A stretch of DNA of 64,000 nucleotides, taken from positions 124,001 through 188,000 of the forward strand of contig CBFDEM010000006.1 in assembly GCA_965603825.1 (NCBI GenBank). Reading direction: 5' to 3'. The stretch comes from Blepharisma stoltei ATCC 30299 (lineage: Eukaryota; Protista; Ciliophora). A program made the position numbers and the translations under genes. The number at the start of each line of letters is the position of its first letter. The first letter of the stretch is position 1. The notes beneath the pieces were generated by a model. The model did not search any database and was not told where the DNA came from. It saw only the letters and a program-made list of their open reading frames with translations. Of the stretch, positions 36,857 through 47,329 are shown piece by piece.

Positions 36857-37140
36857 TGTTTATTATCTAGTGAAACGGTTTTTGCTATATTTATTAGAAT
36901 CAAATATGCTTAATATATACAAATAAAAAAGAATAATTGAGAGATCAGAAAACCTTTTATGTGATTTGTATAAACTATAATTTATCTAAAATGGCAGCTT
37001 GATATTTATTTATTTTTCCATTTTATTAAAAAACGAATCCTTTTAAGATGTCAGAATACCTTACTGCTAGATTTTTCATAGTTTAACAGCTGAAAATAAG
37101 AATATTATAATTAATTAATAACAAACAATATAAAAAAAGC

Positions 37141-37620
37141 ATGCAACTTGAATTTCGAGAGACACTTGGGGAAAGGATCAATAAACATTCAAGAGAATGG
37201 TTGAAAGAATTTAAATTACAAGCAGAAATGGGCGACGTTGATGGAATGATATGATATGCAAAACTTCTATTTAAGGGAAATAAAAGAAGACCACCTGATG
37301 CGCCACATGCAATCTATTGACTGCGAAAGGCTGCACGAACTAACCATGAGGCAGCTTTCAGGGTTGCAAAAATATTTTTAAAAGGAAAATACGTGAAATC
37401 AGACCCAGAAAAAGCTTATTTGTACTTTAGGATCGCTTCTTTATCTAGATGTAAGTGCGGAAAATATTCAGAAGAGTTACATTCGAAAAGAATATCAAAT
37501 GTGCACAGTTGCATTCATAATGAGTCATTAGAAGCAATAAAATCAATGAAATTAAGCGATGCCGATATTAGCAGATATGAAGTTAAATTCATTTCTTGGA
37601 AAAATGACAATTTAAAATAA
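37141..37620 (+). CDS. Sel1-like repeat protein (159 aa)
   Basis: ATG at 37141, two TGA(Trp). AEMGDVDG, AIYWLRKAA, DPEKAYLYFRIAS. Confidence 0.82.
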
Positions 37621-37795
37621 TCGAAAATTAATTATAATTGTTATAGATTTATTTTAAAATAAAATTAGATTTTATTCCAATTGTTGATTTTTATAATATC
37701 CCAGTCATTTTCGTATTAATAAAATAGATGAAAAATAAAATATGAGAAAAATGGGATAAAGAAGATTTATAAATTTTAATTTAAAATTAATTATT

Positions 37796-38335
37796 TTATA
37801 ATTCATTAATCTGAAATTTTCCTTTTGGATCTTGGGTCATTATATTTCGCTTATAATCAGAAATTTCATTTTCGAAAATTTGTGAATTGTTTCCTAAAGT
37901 ATCATTAAATCCATGATCTACATAAGTTGGCAGATTAATATCTTTTGCAATTAGCTTAGGCTCAGGAGTTTCTCTTGGTGGCTTTTTCAGTAGCAAAATG
38001 TGATCCTGATATGTTTTAGTCAGCATTTTCATATTTTCAAGCTCTTCTCTATGCTTTTCTTGCTCCTTTTTATATGCATGCTCATACTGAGCCAACGCAT
38101 TTTCATACTCTTGTATCACTTGGTCTCTCTGCATAATTTCTTTTTTCATTTGCTGGATCTGCAGATTTAACTCTAGATTTTCCTTTTGAATCCTCTTCGC
38201 AAACTCTTTTTCCTCTTCCCTCCTTCTATCAGCAGCTTCACTTGTGTGCAAAATTTTAACTTTTTCAGTCAGCAGCTTTAATTCTTTTATCAGGCGTTTT
38301 TCACAGTCAATTTCCCTTTGTTCGAATTCTTGCAT
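37796..38335 (-). CDS. Coiled-coil hypothetical protein
   Basis: 179-aa ORF rich in E/K/Q with heptad character. Confidence 0.7.
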   Translation of the reverse strand: MQEFEQREIDCEKRLIKELKLLTEKVKILHTSEAADRRREEEKEFAKRIQKENLELNLQIQQMKKEIMQRDQVIQEYENALAQYEHAYKKEQEKHREELENMKMLTKTYQDHILLLKKPPRETPEPKLIAKDINLPTYVDHGFNDTLGNNSQIFENEISDYKRNIMTQDPKGKFQINEL

Positions 38336-38380
38336 TTTTATTTTTCAATTGTGTTCATAAATATTTAGATATTTAACCAC

Positions 38381-40072
38381 CTAATTAATAATTGAAAAAG
38401 CTTTTAATACACCCGACATCTGAGTAAAATTAAAATCTTTCGAAAAAGAATATAGCATGATTTCCTCGGGTGATGCGTCAAACCTGACTCCTAACATATT
38501 TGCTCTCCTTTCAATAACTTCGTCTTCTTCACTTTTAGATTTATCTTCTATGAGCTGTTGAATTTCAATGAATTTCTGCATAATTTCAGAAGAGGGTTCA
38601 CAGTTCAATAAAAAATCTGCAACTTTGGATGGGCTTGTATCAAGCTGGATAAGGGCCTCTCCTATTCCAGATGATAAAGTGCTAGGAAATTTGTTTATTT
38701 CAATTGGATTTAATTGAGGGATATAATTAATGATCTCAATGGTTAAGACTTTAAGGATTTCTGATTGGATTTTTTTGTATTTAAGCAGTTTTAGCTGAGA
38801 AACTGTAGACTGAGGTAAAATCGCTGCACAGAAATTATGCTCGTTTTCAAAAAAAATCATAAGGGTATCGACTGGCAAAGTTAATGAATTGTAATATTCT
38901 TTTGACTCTAAAATAAGCTCTGAGTGAAGAAAGGAATATGGACCATCCAAGATTACTTGGGAATGGTTTTTAAAATAGACATTGAGCTCATTTAAGCTTA
39001 AGTCCATCACTGCTTCAATCAGACTTTTTATCAGATCACAAGCTTCTGGTTCAGCATTCTGCTCTTCATATACCTTTTTTCTCTGATAATTCACATTTTT
39101 TATCAAGCTCGCCACAATTTTTTCTTTTATTTTTTCAAAAACATGCCTTCTTCAAACAGCCGCCATAATTCTCATCAGGTTCATCCTCGGAAAATTCGGA
39201 CTGTCAGGGAATTTTGATTCATAAATTTCATTCATCATTTCTGTCAAAGGAAGAAATAGTCCATTAATAGTCTTCATTGAAGCACAATAATCAGTCCATC
39301 TATTGCAATACTCATATGCAGCATCTTCACTTTCAGCTATAATTCCTGCAGTCCCATCACAAAAAAATTTTAAAGTGTTTTGAATAGTTTCAAAAAAATT
39401 CAAAATCATGCTTACTGTTGATTTTTTTGGAAAAAACTCAGCCAAATTTTCTGAAGACTCGGTAGAGGTTGATTCTATACTTAACCGCTCTTCAGGGAAA
39501 TCAAAATTAGCGATATTTCATCGGTAGCTTGTTAATAAATTAAGATCAGAAATACTTCCAATTTCAGTAAAAAGCTCGTCTTGTTTATCTCTTAAACAGT
39601 TTGCAAAAGCTATGGTATATTCTTCATAGTCAAAATCGCCTTCAAATTGGTCTTCTGGGTTTCCTAATAAATCTTGCAAAATCGTGGGGAAACTTTGTAT
39701 ATCTCTTCTTAATGCTGGAAAAGGTATAATCGGGGTCTTTAAGTTGCTGGTAAACTCATTGTATAGAAAAAGAGCTTCGTGAGAAGAAAGGGCAAATCCA
39801 GAAAGTTTCAATCAATTTTTACGAAGCTGAAAACCTTTAATGCAAAGGGCTTTCCAGTCTGGGCTAACATAGTCAACGGTATTGAAATCTTGGTAAAGCA
39901 AGAGAGGGATTTTATCACATAAAGCTGGGATCCAATATCTGAAAAATTCTCTTTTTCAAAGACATGGTGAGTTTGCAGCTTTATTCAAATTTCGGGAAAC
40001 AAGAGAAATGGATAGAAGATCTGGGATGTCAAGATATGTGATAATTTCAAATATGAGAGGCCGAGGTAGCAT
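38381..40072 (-). CDS. F-box protein with a cullin N-terminal-repeat-like domain (~563 aa)
   Basis: ATG at 40072: MLPRPLIFEIITYLDIPDLLSISLVSRNLNKAANSPCLW(TGA)K is an F-box. Four TGA join the track ORFs. YCNRWTDYCASMKTINGLFLPL...AAVWRRHVFEKIKEKIVASLIKNVNYQR...LIKSLIEAVMDLSLNE...LILESKEYY matches cullin repeats. Confidence 0.8.
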
Positions 40073-41240
40073 ATTCAAATCAAAGTTATGCTGGATTTAA
40101 TATTTTTTCATGTCAGATCTAGACCGGCTTTATTTGAAAAATTGCAAATAGAAAGCTCAAATATTAAATTAGGCTGCGCTTGATGATTTGCTTTATGATT
40201 TATTGAAAATCTTTAAGATTTTTAATCATCAATGTCTTAGAAATTTACATATTAATATTTAGCTTTTTGTGAGAAATCTAATAAATCTTCTCATTTATTA
40301 TTTGTGCTCTTGAAGACCACATATACCAAATCTTCACAATTCTTAGAAAGGGGAGTAAATACTTTTTTTATTCTAAGAAAGACCCTTTCAAACTTAATAA
40401 TTGTCTTAAATCAAGATCACTTCTAAATTGATTCGACTAAGAAGTTATGCCATTTGAAGCACTTAATTACTTTCTGCTCATGCATTTTATCGATTATTTG
40501 GGTTTTTCCTAGAGAAAGCTAAATTTTATTTTAATCACAAATAAGTATATTAATTGATGTATCAGAAAATAAAAGTCTCAAATTGAAGAGTTCAAGTGTC
40601 GCTCATCATTTCCATATATTATAAACTTTGACATTGCATTTTTATTATTATAAGCCTTTAAAATGGTAGTCTTTCAAAACACTTAATTACAAAGTCCATT
40701 TTTATAATCTTCCAAGCATATAATGTAAAAGCTAACTGTATAATTGCAGGTGTTGCAATATAATATTTTGTAAAAATTTAGCATAATAATTAAGATAAGC
40801 TAACTTATTTTCAACACTGAGAGCTGTTTACAATTGCATTTCATAGTAACTAATTATATGCTAATTTTTATTTATAAAATTGATTATGAAGCTGTGGTAT
40901 TAAACGTGTGCTCAATTATTAGCTAGAACTAAAAATATTGAAAGTTAATTAATCATCTATAAATTTAAATTCTGAGTCTCCTTTTGGCTCCATTTTAAAT
41001 AGTAAACTAATCTCTACTAATAAATGCACCCGAGCTTAATTTTTTCAATCATATAATGCAAGCTTGAGCTATCTTATGCCTTTTTTATATTTTATGCTGA
41101 ATATTCAGCAGTTTCATCATTTCTATGAATAAATATGGACTTTAATTACAATTTACTTAAAAACCTTATATTCTTGACCTCTCCAACTATTTCAATATAT
41201 TTACTTTAATCAACAAAAATCGATTTATTATAGAATAAAT

Positions 41241-42446
41241 ATGGAAGAAGAAATTCCAGGCTCTTGCCCAGAATTAAAAACTCGTGAGACAAACTTCCAA
41301 TCTCAAGAATTCGGAGAATCGATTGCTAATATTAATCCAGAGGAGATGAATTATTACAGCTCGTTTATATTTCCAACTTTTACATTAATTCTTATTATCA
41401 CGTGCCTTGTCGTAGCACTTTATAGTGCAAAAGACTTTGAGGACAGCTTAATCCCACCTTATCTTATAGCAGCTGCAATAATAATGGGGCTGGATTTGTC
41501 TATGATGATAATTCAAAGCGTGATAAGGAAACTTTCCAATGAAAATGCTTATGAGTTTCCCGAAAATTCAATGAGAAGTAAAAAAATTCCAAAAATAATG
41601 ACAATTATTTTGTTTGTTGGATATTTTGGCCTTATTATTGTAGGAGGTCTGGCTTGTATAGTGTTTAATAATACGGAAATAACGAGCAAAGACAATGCCA
41701 CTTTATCTGTAACTTTTGTTGCAGTCTATGGCTTTATTGTGCTTAGAGCAATGGCTGAGATAATTTCTTTTATCACTTTATGAATGCTGAATTCATCTAG
41801 AAATATAGAAAGTAAAAAATATGAAAAAAAAGCATCAATTGAAATGGGCACAAATATTGAAGCATCATCACCAAGAGATTCTTCTGATCCTCGTTGTAAT
41901 TACCTTGGCTCACAAGAAGGTGAAGCTCAAACACCTAATGTTCCTGAATATGATCAAAATCAGGATGAAGTTAATACATATATACTGCCAGGGGTGGATA
42001 ATAATCAGAATAGAGGGAAGTTTGATGATGTTGATTTTTCAAAAATAGAGGAAAGCAAAGAGCCATATTCAATTGAAGTCTCAGAGCCTTCTAAGCAAGA
42101 TAAAATTAACTTAGAAAACAAAATGCAAAAAAAGAAACCGAAAAAAACATCCAAGGCTTCAATTATTAGCACTCAGAAATATAGCAAAAATAAAATGACC
42201 TTTTCACAAAAAGTTTCTCAAAAATTCCTACCAAATCAAGCTTCTTCCGGAGGATATAACGCTGTTGGAACTGAAACTCCGTATTCAGAACCTGAAGAAT
42301 ATGAAATTAACTATGTTGAGCAAGAATCTTCACCATTTAAATACTCTGAGCCAGCTGACGAGCCATATCAATTGAACAAAACAACTTTTGATGTAGATTC
42401 TGAAAGTGATTTAAGTTCATTAAGCTCCAACAATAAATCATTTTAA
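41241..42446 (+). CDS. Four-TM membrane protein with long acidic C-terminal tail (~401 aa)
   Basis: Two track ORFs abut across TGA at 41781-41783; four hydrophobic segments. Confidence 0.8.
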
Positions 42447-42598
42447 TAAATTTCAAAAATTTATAATAAGCATAAATTTCTGAATTATCAATTTTGCTAA
42501 TAAAAGAATATCCACAAATTTCTTAATAAAAATTCTTTCACTTTCCAATATAACTCCACTTCCAATTAATCCGTAAATTATAAGATAATTATCACATA

Positions 42599-45547
42599 AT
42601 GTCTAAAACTTTGAAAACTCATCAATCTCAGAGCCGAAAATCTCTAGGCTCATCTCCAGAAAGAACAAAAGCCTGCATTGCTTCAGCGCTATCAAAGCCT
42701 AGCAACATAAAAGTCATTGCCAGATTTCGACCACTTTTAGACTTTGAATATGTAAGCTTAATTTAGCGACTTTCAGAAAGTCGAGAATCAGTCACTTTTC
42801 AAGGCGACAACCAAGTGGGCATCGTAAAAGGCAAAGAAATAGAGTACTACACTCTGGACCGCATTTTTGACCCAGATTCTTCTCAAGAAGAAGTCTATGA
42901 ATTCGTGGGAAAACCAACGATCGAAGATGTCCTTAATGGCTACAACGGTACAATATTCGCCTATGGCCAAACTGGCTCAGGGAAAACACATACCATGATG
43001 GGGCTGAATATTTATGACACGGATACCCGTGGAGTGATCCCACGATCTGTCAGTCAAATTTTTGAAGCTGTAGAGTCAGATGGCGGAGACATAGAGTACA
43101 CTATTAAATGTTCTATGCTCGAAATTTATAAAGAAACGTTAAAAGACTTATTGGATCCTCAACCTTTAAATTTGAAGATAAAACAATGCCCAAGCAAAGG
43201 AATTTATGTGCAGGGGCTCACAGAAGTGTCTATTACGTCAGAAGACGACATGCTAGAACTGCTGTCACTTGGGGAACAAATTAGATCAGTAGCGAGCACG
43301 AGACTGAACAAAACGTCTTCAAGGTCGCATTTGATTTTTATTATAGAAGTTTGCCAGAAACTCCCAAATGACAGCGAGAAAAGGGGAAAGTTAAATTTGG
43401 TTGATTTGGCTGGCAGTGAAAAAGTTAGTCTATCAGGGGTAACTGGCACAAAACTAGAAGAAACTAAAAAAATCAATTTGTCATTATCTGCTTTAGGGAA
43501 TGTTATACATGCACTGTCATCAAAAGCAGATCATATCCCTTATAGGGATTCAAAACTAACAAGGCTGCTGCAAGAGTCTTTAGGAGGGAACTATAAGACG
43601 ACTTTACTGGTAACCTGCTCACCATCCATTAGATTTATGGAAGAGACTTATAATACTCTTTCTTTTGCAATAAGGGCTAAAGCTATAAAAAATAAAGTGA
43701 AAATCAATATTAAAAACTCCATTGACAGCTATTTACAGATCATAGAGCAAATGAAGCTAGAGCTTGACTCTGCAAAATTAGAAATACAGTTATTAAGGGG
43801 AGAAAGGGAGCTAAATTCTACAGTCGACTCCAAATCGCTTTGTTCCACCCCCGCTAACAAAAAAATTGATGATAAAGACTCTCATTCTCAAATAAACAAA
43901 TACGGAGAAATGAGACTGGCTGTGTCAATAGAAGACTTAAGAAGCAACAAAACAACTGACTCATCAAGATTCGACAAAAAGTCCCCAGAATCAATATATG
44001 ACTTAGACTCCTTAGCTTTTTCTTTTGATAAGCCAAATTCCGAATTTTCTCTCTCACCATATGCAGAAGGCGAAACTTTTCAAAAAATCGTCGAAAAATT
44101 CGAAAGGGATACGACTGGTTTAAACAAAAAAGTAAAACACCTGTCCAGAGAAAACCAAGAACTCGTTGAAAAAACCAAAAAATTAGAGACTGAGCTCATT
44201 TCATCAAGAACAAAGCTGCTGAAGGCTGAGCAGCTTTCTCACGAGTACTACGAAATTTATGCAAAAACAGCACTCAACGCAAATAAAGAATCAAGTGAAA
44301 TTAAGGCACTTAAAGAACAAAATGACAGCTTGCATAGAGAAATTAAAAAGATTACAAAAGTAATCCAGGATATTGACGATCGACAAAAAAGGATGAAAGA
44401 AAATAAACTGCATACAACTTTTGTAGAATTTGAAGAACTTACAGACGCCAGCATCCCTAAAGATTATGTCCCAATCATTACTGAAGAAAATGAAGCTATT
44501 TCAGAGCAGACAACAGCTTTTAATTTAGAAACAGTAAAAGTTGAGCTCACAACTGACGCAGAGCAGCTGAACTTGTCAAACGTGTATTCATCAGAAATCA
44601 AAAGAGCTCTAGAAGGGAATGCAGAACTCAATAGAGAAATTTCAATTTTCCATTTGAAGAGCCAAATTATTCAAGCAGGAATAATTAATGCAAACCTGAT
44701 GAAAACTATTCATGCACTGAATTGGAAAATAGAGCTGCAAGAACACAAGTATCAGATGAAAAAGACACTTTGTAGACGTCAAGAAGACCAAATAAGAGGA
44801 CTTGAAAAAATGATTGACCATCTGCATATTTCTCACATGCACATGATAAAGCTCCTCAATCAGATCGACCATGAAAAAATCGTCCCCAAAGTTGAATTCA
44901 ATATCCCACGGTCCCTTATACTAAAGCCTTTTTCACAAAAGCAAGGCAGATTTAAAAGTTCAAGGACTCCAAAACCAGTCCAAGACCATAGTGCAGACAA
45001 CTCAATACAAGGTACATTAAGTCTCGAAGTTTTTACCGCACCTCATGACCATCCTCAGTTAAATATCAGATTTAAAGCTATGGAAACCAGCCTGGAGCTT
45101 CAAAAAATGTACAACCTTGAGCTAAAAAAATCAAATGAGTTCCAAAAGCAGCAGGTCGACAATTATAAAAATATATTGCAGACTTTGGAGCAGGATATTT
45201 TTAAAGTTCAAAGGGTTGAAAAGGACAGATGGAGCAAGTTTTTCTCGGATTTAAAGGAAAATTGTGAAAAAGAACTGATTAGGAAGCAAACAGAAGTAAT
45301 AAAATTACATCAGCTGCTAGGAGAGTGGATTGATAAGTTTATGACTCTTCAAGAGTGTATTAGTTCGCCTGAAAAACTGCTGCCAAAGCACTTAAAAGAG
45401 GACCTGAGCTTTTTAGTTGAAGCTACAAAGCAGGCAGTTCTGGTGGAAGGGAGCTTCAAAGAAGTATTGCCAAAAACGCCTCTGAAAAAATCTATGCGGC
45501 AAACATCGGTGGGTTATATAAAGCCAACAGGAGATAACCCAATATAA
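42599..45547 (+). CDS. Kinesin motor protein (kinesin-1-like), ~977 aa
   Basis: ATG at 42599; NIKVIARFRP; intron at 42752-42766; AYGQTGSGKT, SSRSH, LVDLAGSE, HIPYRDSKLTRLLQ; coiled-coil stalk. Confidence 0.95.
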
Positions 45548-45932
45548 AATATGCGTCTATATAATGAATCGATATAAATATTATCTAATATAGCAATTAA
45601 TTAGTTTTTCATTTTAAAACTTGATCTGCTGAGGATTATTTATCAAATCGAAATTGGTGTCGTCTTAATTTTCTGTTCTATTGATCCTCTGACCTATTTT
45701 GATTATAAGGTTTGCTTTAACCAGAGAATTTATTATGAGCTTTGATTGAGGAGACTCAGACTTAGAATACCAGAAGGACTTAAGTAGGTTTCGCCAAGCT
45801 GACGAGCGTCTAAGGATCTAACCTTGGCAGAGAAGTACACACTGTGAATCAAGATTAGGCCAATTTAAAGGATTGGCGAGCTCGTGCAAATTATAATTCG
45901 TTTACAGAATCCAAAATAAAGAGCAAAGACAT

Positions 45933-46034
45933 TAAACTTTTAAGTAGGGAGGGAAGGGGTTAGTTTAGTCGGGAATCCGGCCCCCGACTCGCCCTTATGG
46001 GCGAGTTTTTATTAAAATGGTAAACTTTTAAGTA
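45933..46034. mobile_element. 74-bp GC-rich insertion (45947-46020) flanked by a 14-bp direct repeat TAAACTTTTAAGTA; TSD-bounded retro-insert or retained IES candidate
   Basis: Exact repeats at 45933-45946 and 46021-46034. The interior has G-tracts and two hairpins. Removing one repeat plus the insert creates a TAA stop for the host gene. Confidence 0.55.
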
Positions 46035-46907
46035 ACCTAAAAACTTTGAACTAATAAGATTATTCTCCTGTTTAAACGCTAGTGCAAATCCGGGTGCACA
46101 GCATCGATTACTTTTGCATGCAGATGTCCCAGGCTCTCTTAAAGCCGAAATGATCTCATCAGGAATCTTTTCGCCTTTATCAATCATCGCTGCATAAACT
46201 TGCAAATTTTTAAACTTCTTTACATAAGCCCTCAAAATTCCAACTTTATCATCCCTATGCTCTTGAAAATTAAACCCAAACCTCTTTGCTATCCTCAGCT
46301 GCAATAAATAGTCATCAAGCGATTTTTTCGAAATTTTCACTTTATTTGCCGCATTTTCAAGCGTCATTTTGACAAAATCGCCATTCTCGTCGGTAATACC
46401 ATTATAAAGTCTTCTTCACTTGCTGACTTTATCAATAATGTATCCTATTTTCCTCTCTTTTGTTCTCCTTGATGCAGAGTGATTGTTAAAATTATCATGC
46501 TCTTGCTTCATTCTTGTATCTGCATGGCTGACCATATTCAGAGTCGGCCCAAATTCATTTTTCGCTATTCCTCTGCAAATTAACAATAAAGAACCATCTC
46601 TAAGTTCAAATAGTGGGATTGCAATGGAAAAAGGAACGGGATGGCTGCCACAATATACATTGAGCCTTGCTGTAGGGGAAAAGTACCAAATAATTGCGTT
46701 TTCCAAAGGATAGCCTAAGGAAATCAAATAAGATACAAGGGGCGAGAGAAGAACTTCTCCTGAAAAATTATATGAGAGGTGGGGTTCTGTTATGTTTAGA
46801 ATCAGCTCAGTCTCCACACTAGAATTGGTGCCAAAACGTAGTTCAATTTCTATTTGGGTGAACTTTTCAAAAGGAGAGTCTTGCTTTTCGGATATATCAG
46901 ATTCCAT
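45960..46907 (-). CDS. Ciliate-type putative HTH DNA-binding protein (~315 aa)
   Basis: Track ORFs joined by TGA at 46416-46418: RRTKERKIGYIIDKVSKWRRLYNG...LENAANKVKISKKSLDDYLLQLR...FGFNF...KVGILRAYVK. Confidence 0.8.
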
Positions 46908-47329
46908 ATTTTATAGAAGAAAATAAAAGGCTCGCGTCTAATTTTGATAAATAAAAATTTAATGAGAATAGAGATATATAAAAGCATTACAGAAAAGCCT
47001 AAATATAATAATTGGGTTGGTGGAAATTTCAAAAAAAGCTGGGAATATAGGGATTTTAGTAAGATGCTGATAGTTTGATATATAAATTAATGCTGATATC
47101 TGTGCAATGCATCTAATACTTAATTAAAAGATTTCCACTCACCCTAGCAGGATTTTAAAAATTTGCCTATCTTCATCCTAGTTATAAATCTTTATTTATC
47201 ATAATTCTGATAAATTATAATATATCAAGAATGATATCGATTGAAGCCTAAGAATTTTCGTTTAATTAATGCAATTGTGTTTTATCTTGTCTGCTATCCA
47301 TGATTGAATTTAAAATGAGTTAAATTAAA

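Larger units (their letters stand above)
35651..36894. repeat. Head-to-tail tandem duplication of a 622-bp cyclophilin gene unit
   Basis: The flanks are duplicated too: tgcaattgttactcaaattttaaatgatata at both 3' ends and tttgctatattta at both 5' ends. Confidence 0.9.

Noticed and set aside
38336-38383. Possible TAG read-through fusing the F-box/cullin gene to the downstream coiled-coil gene (same frame, 15 open codons)
   Set aside because: No GT at 15-16 nt upstream of the TAG, the downstream ATG has a typical aaaATG context, and a short open frame can arise by chance. Ribo-seq would be needed to revive this.
40340-40389. Inverted repeats in the 1.1-kb spacer upstream of the F-box gene
   Set aside because: Short, mutually overlapping and without target-site duplication; not enough to call a MITE.
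45940-45975. GGGGTTAG / CTAACCCC as telomere seed or telomerase RNA template
   Set aside because: Single imperfect occurrence. It does not form tandem repeats or a 1.5-repeat template of the heterotrich CCCTAACA-type unit.
46039-46053. 15-nt GT..AG (GTTCAAAGTTTTTAG, minus strand) as an intron in the HTH gene
   Set aside because: Lacks the GTA donor and the position-10 A seen in all other 15-nt introns.
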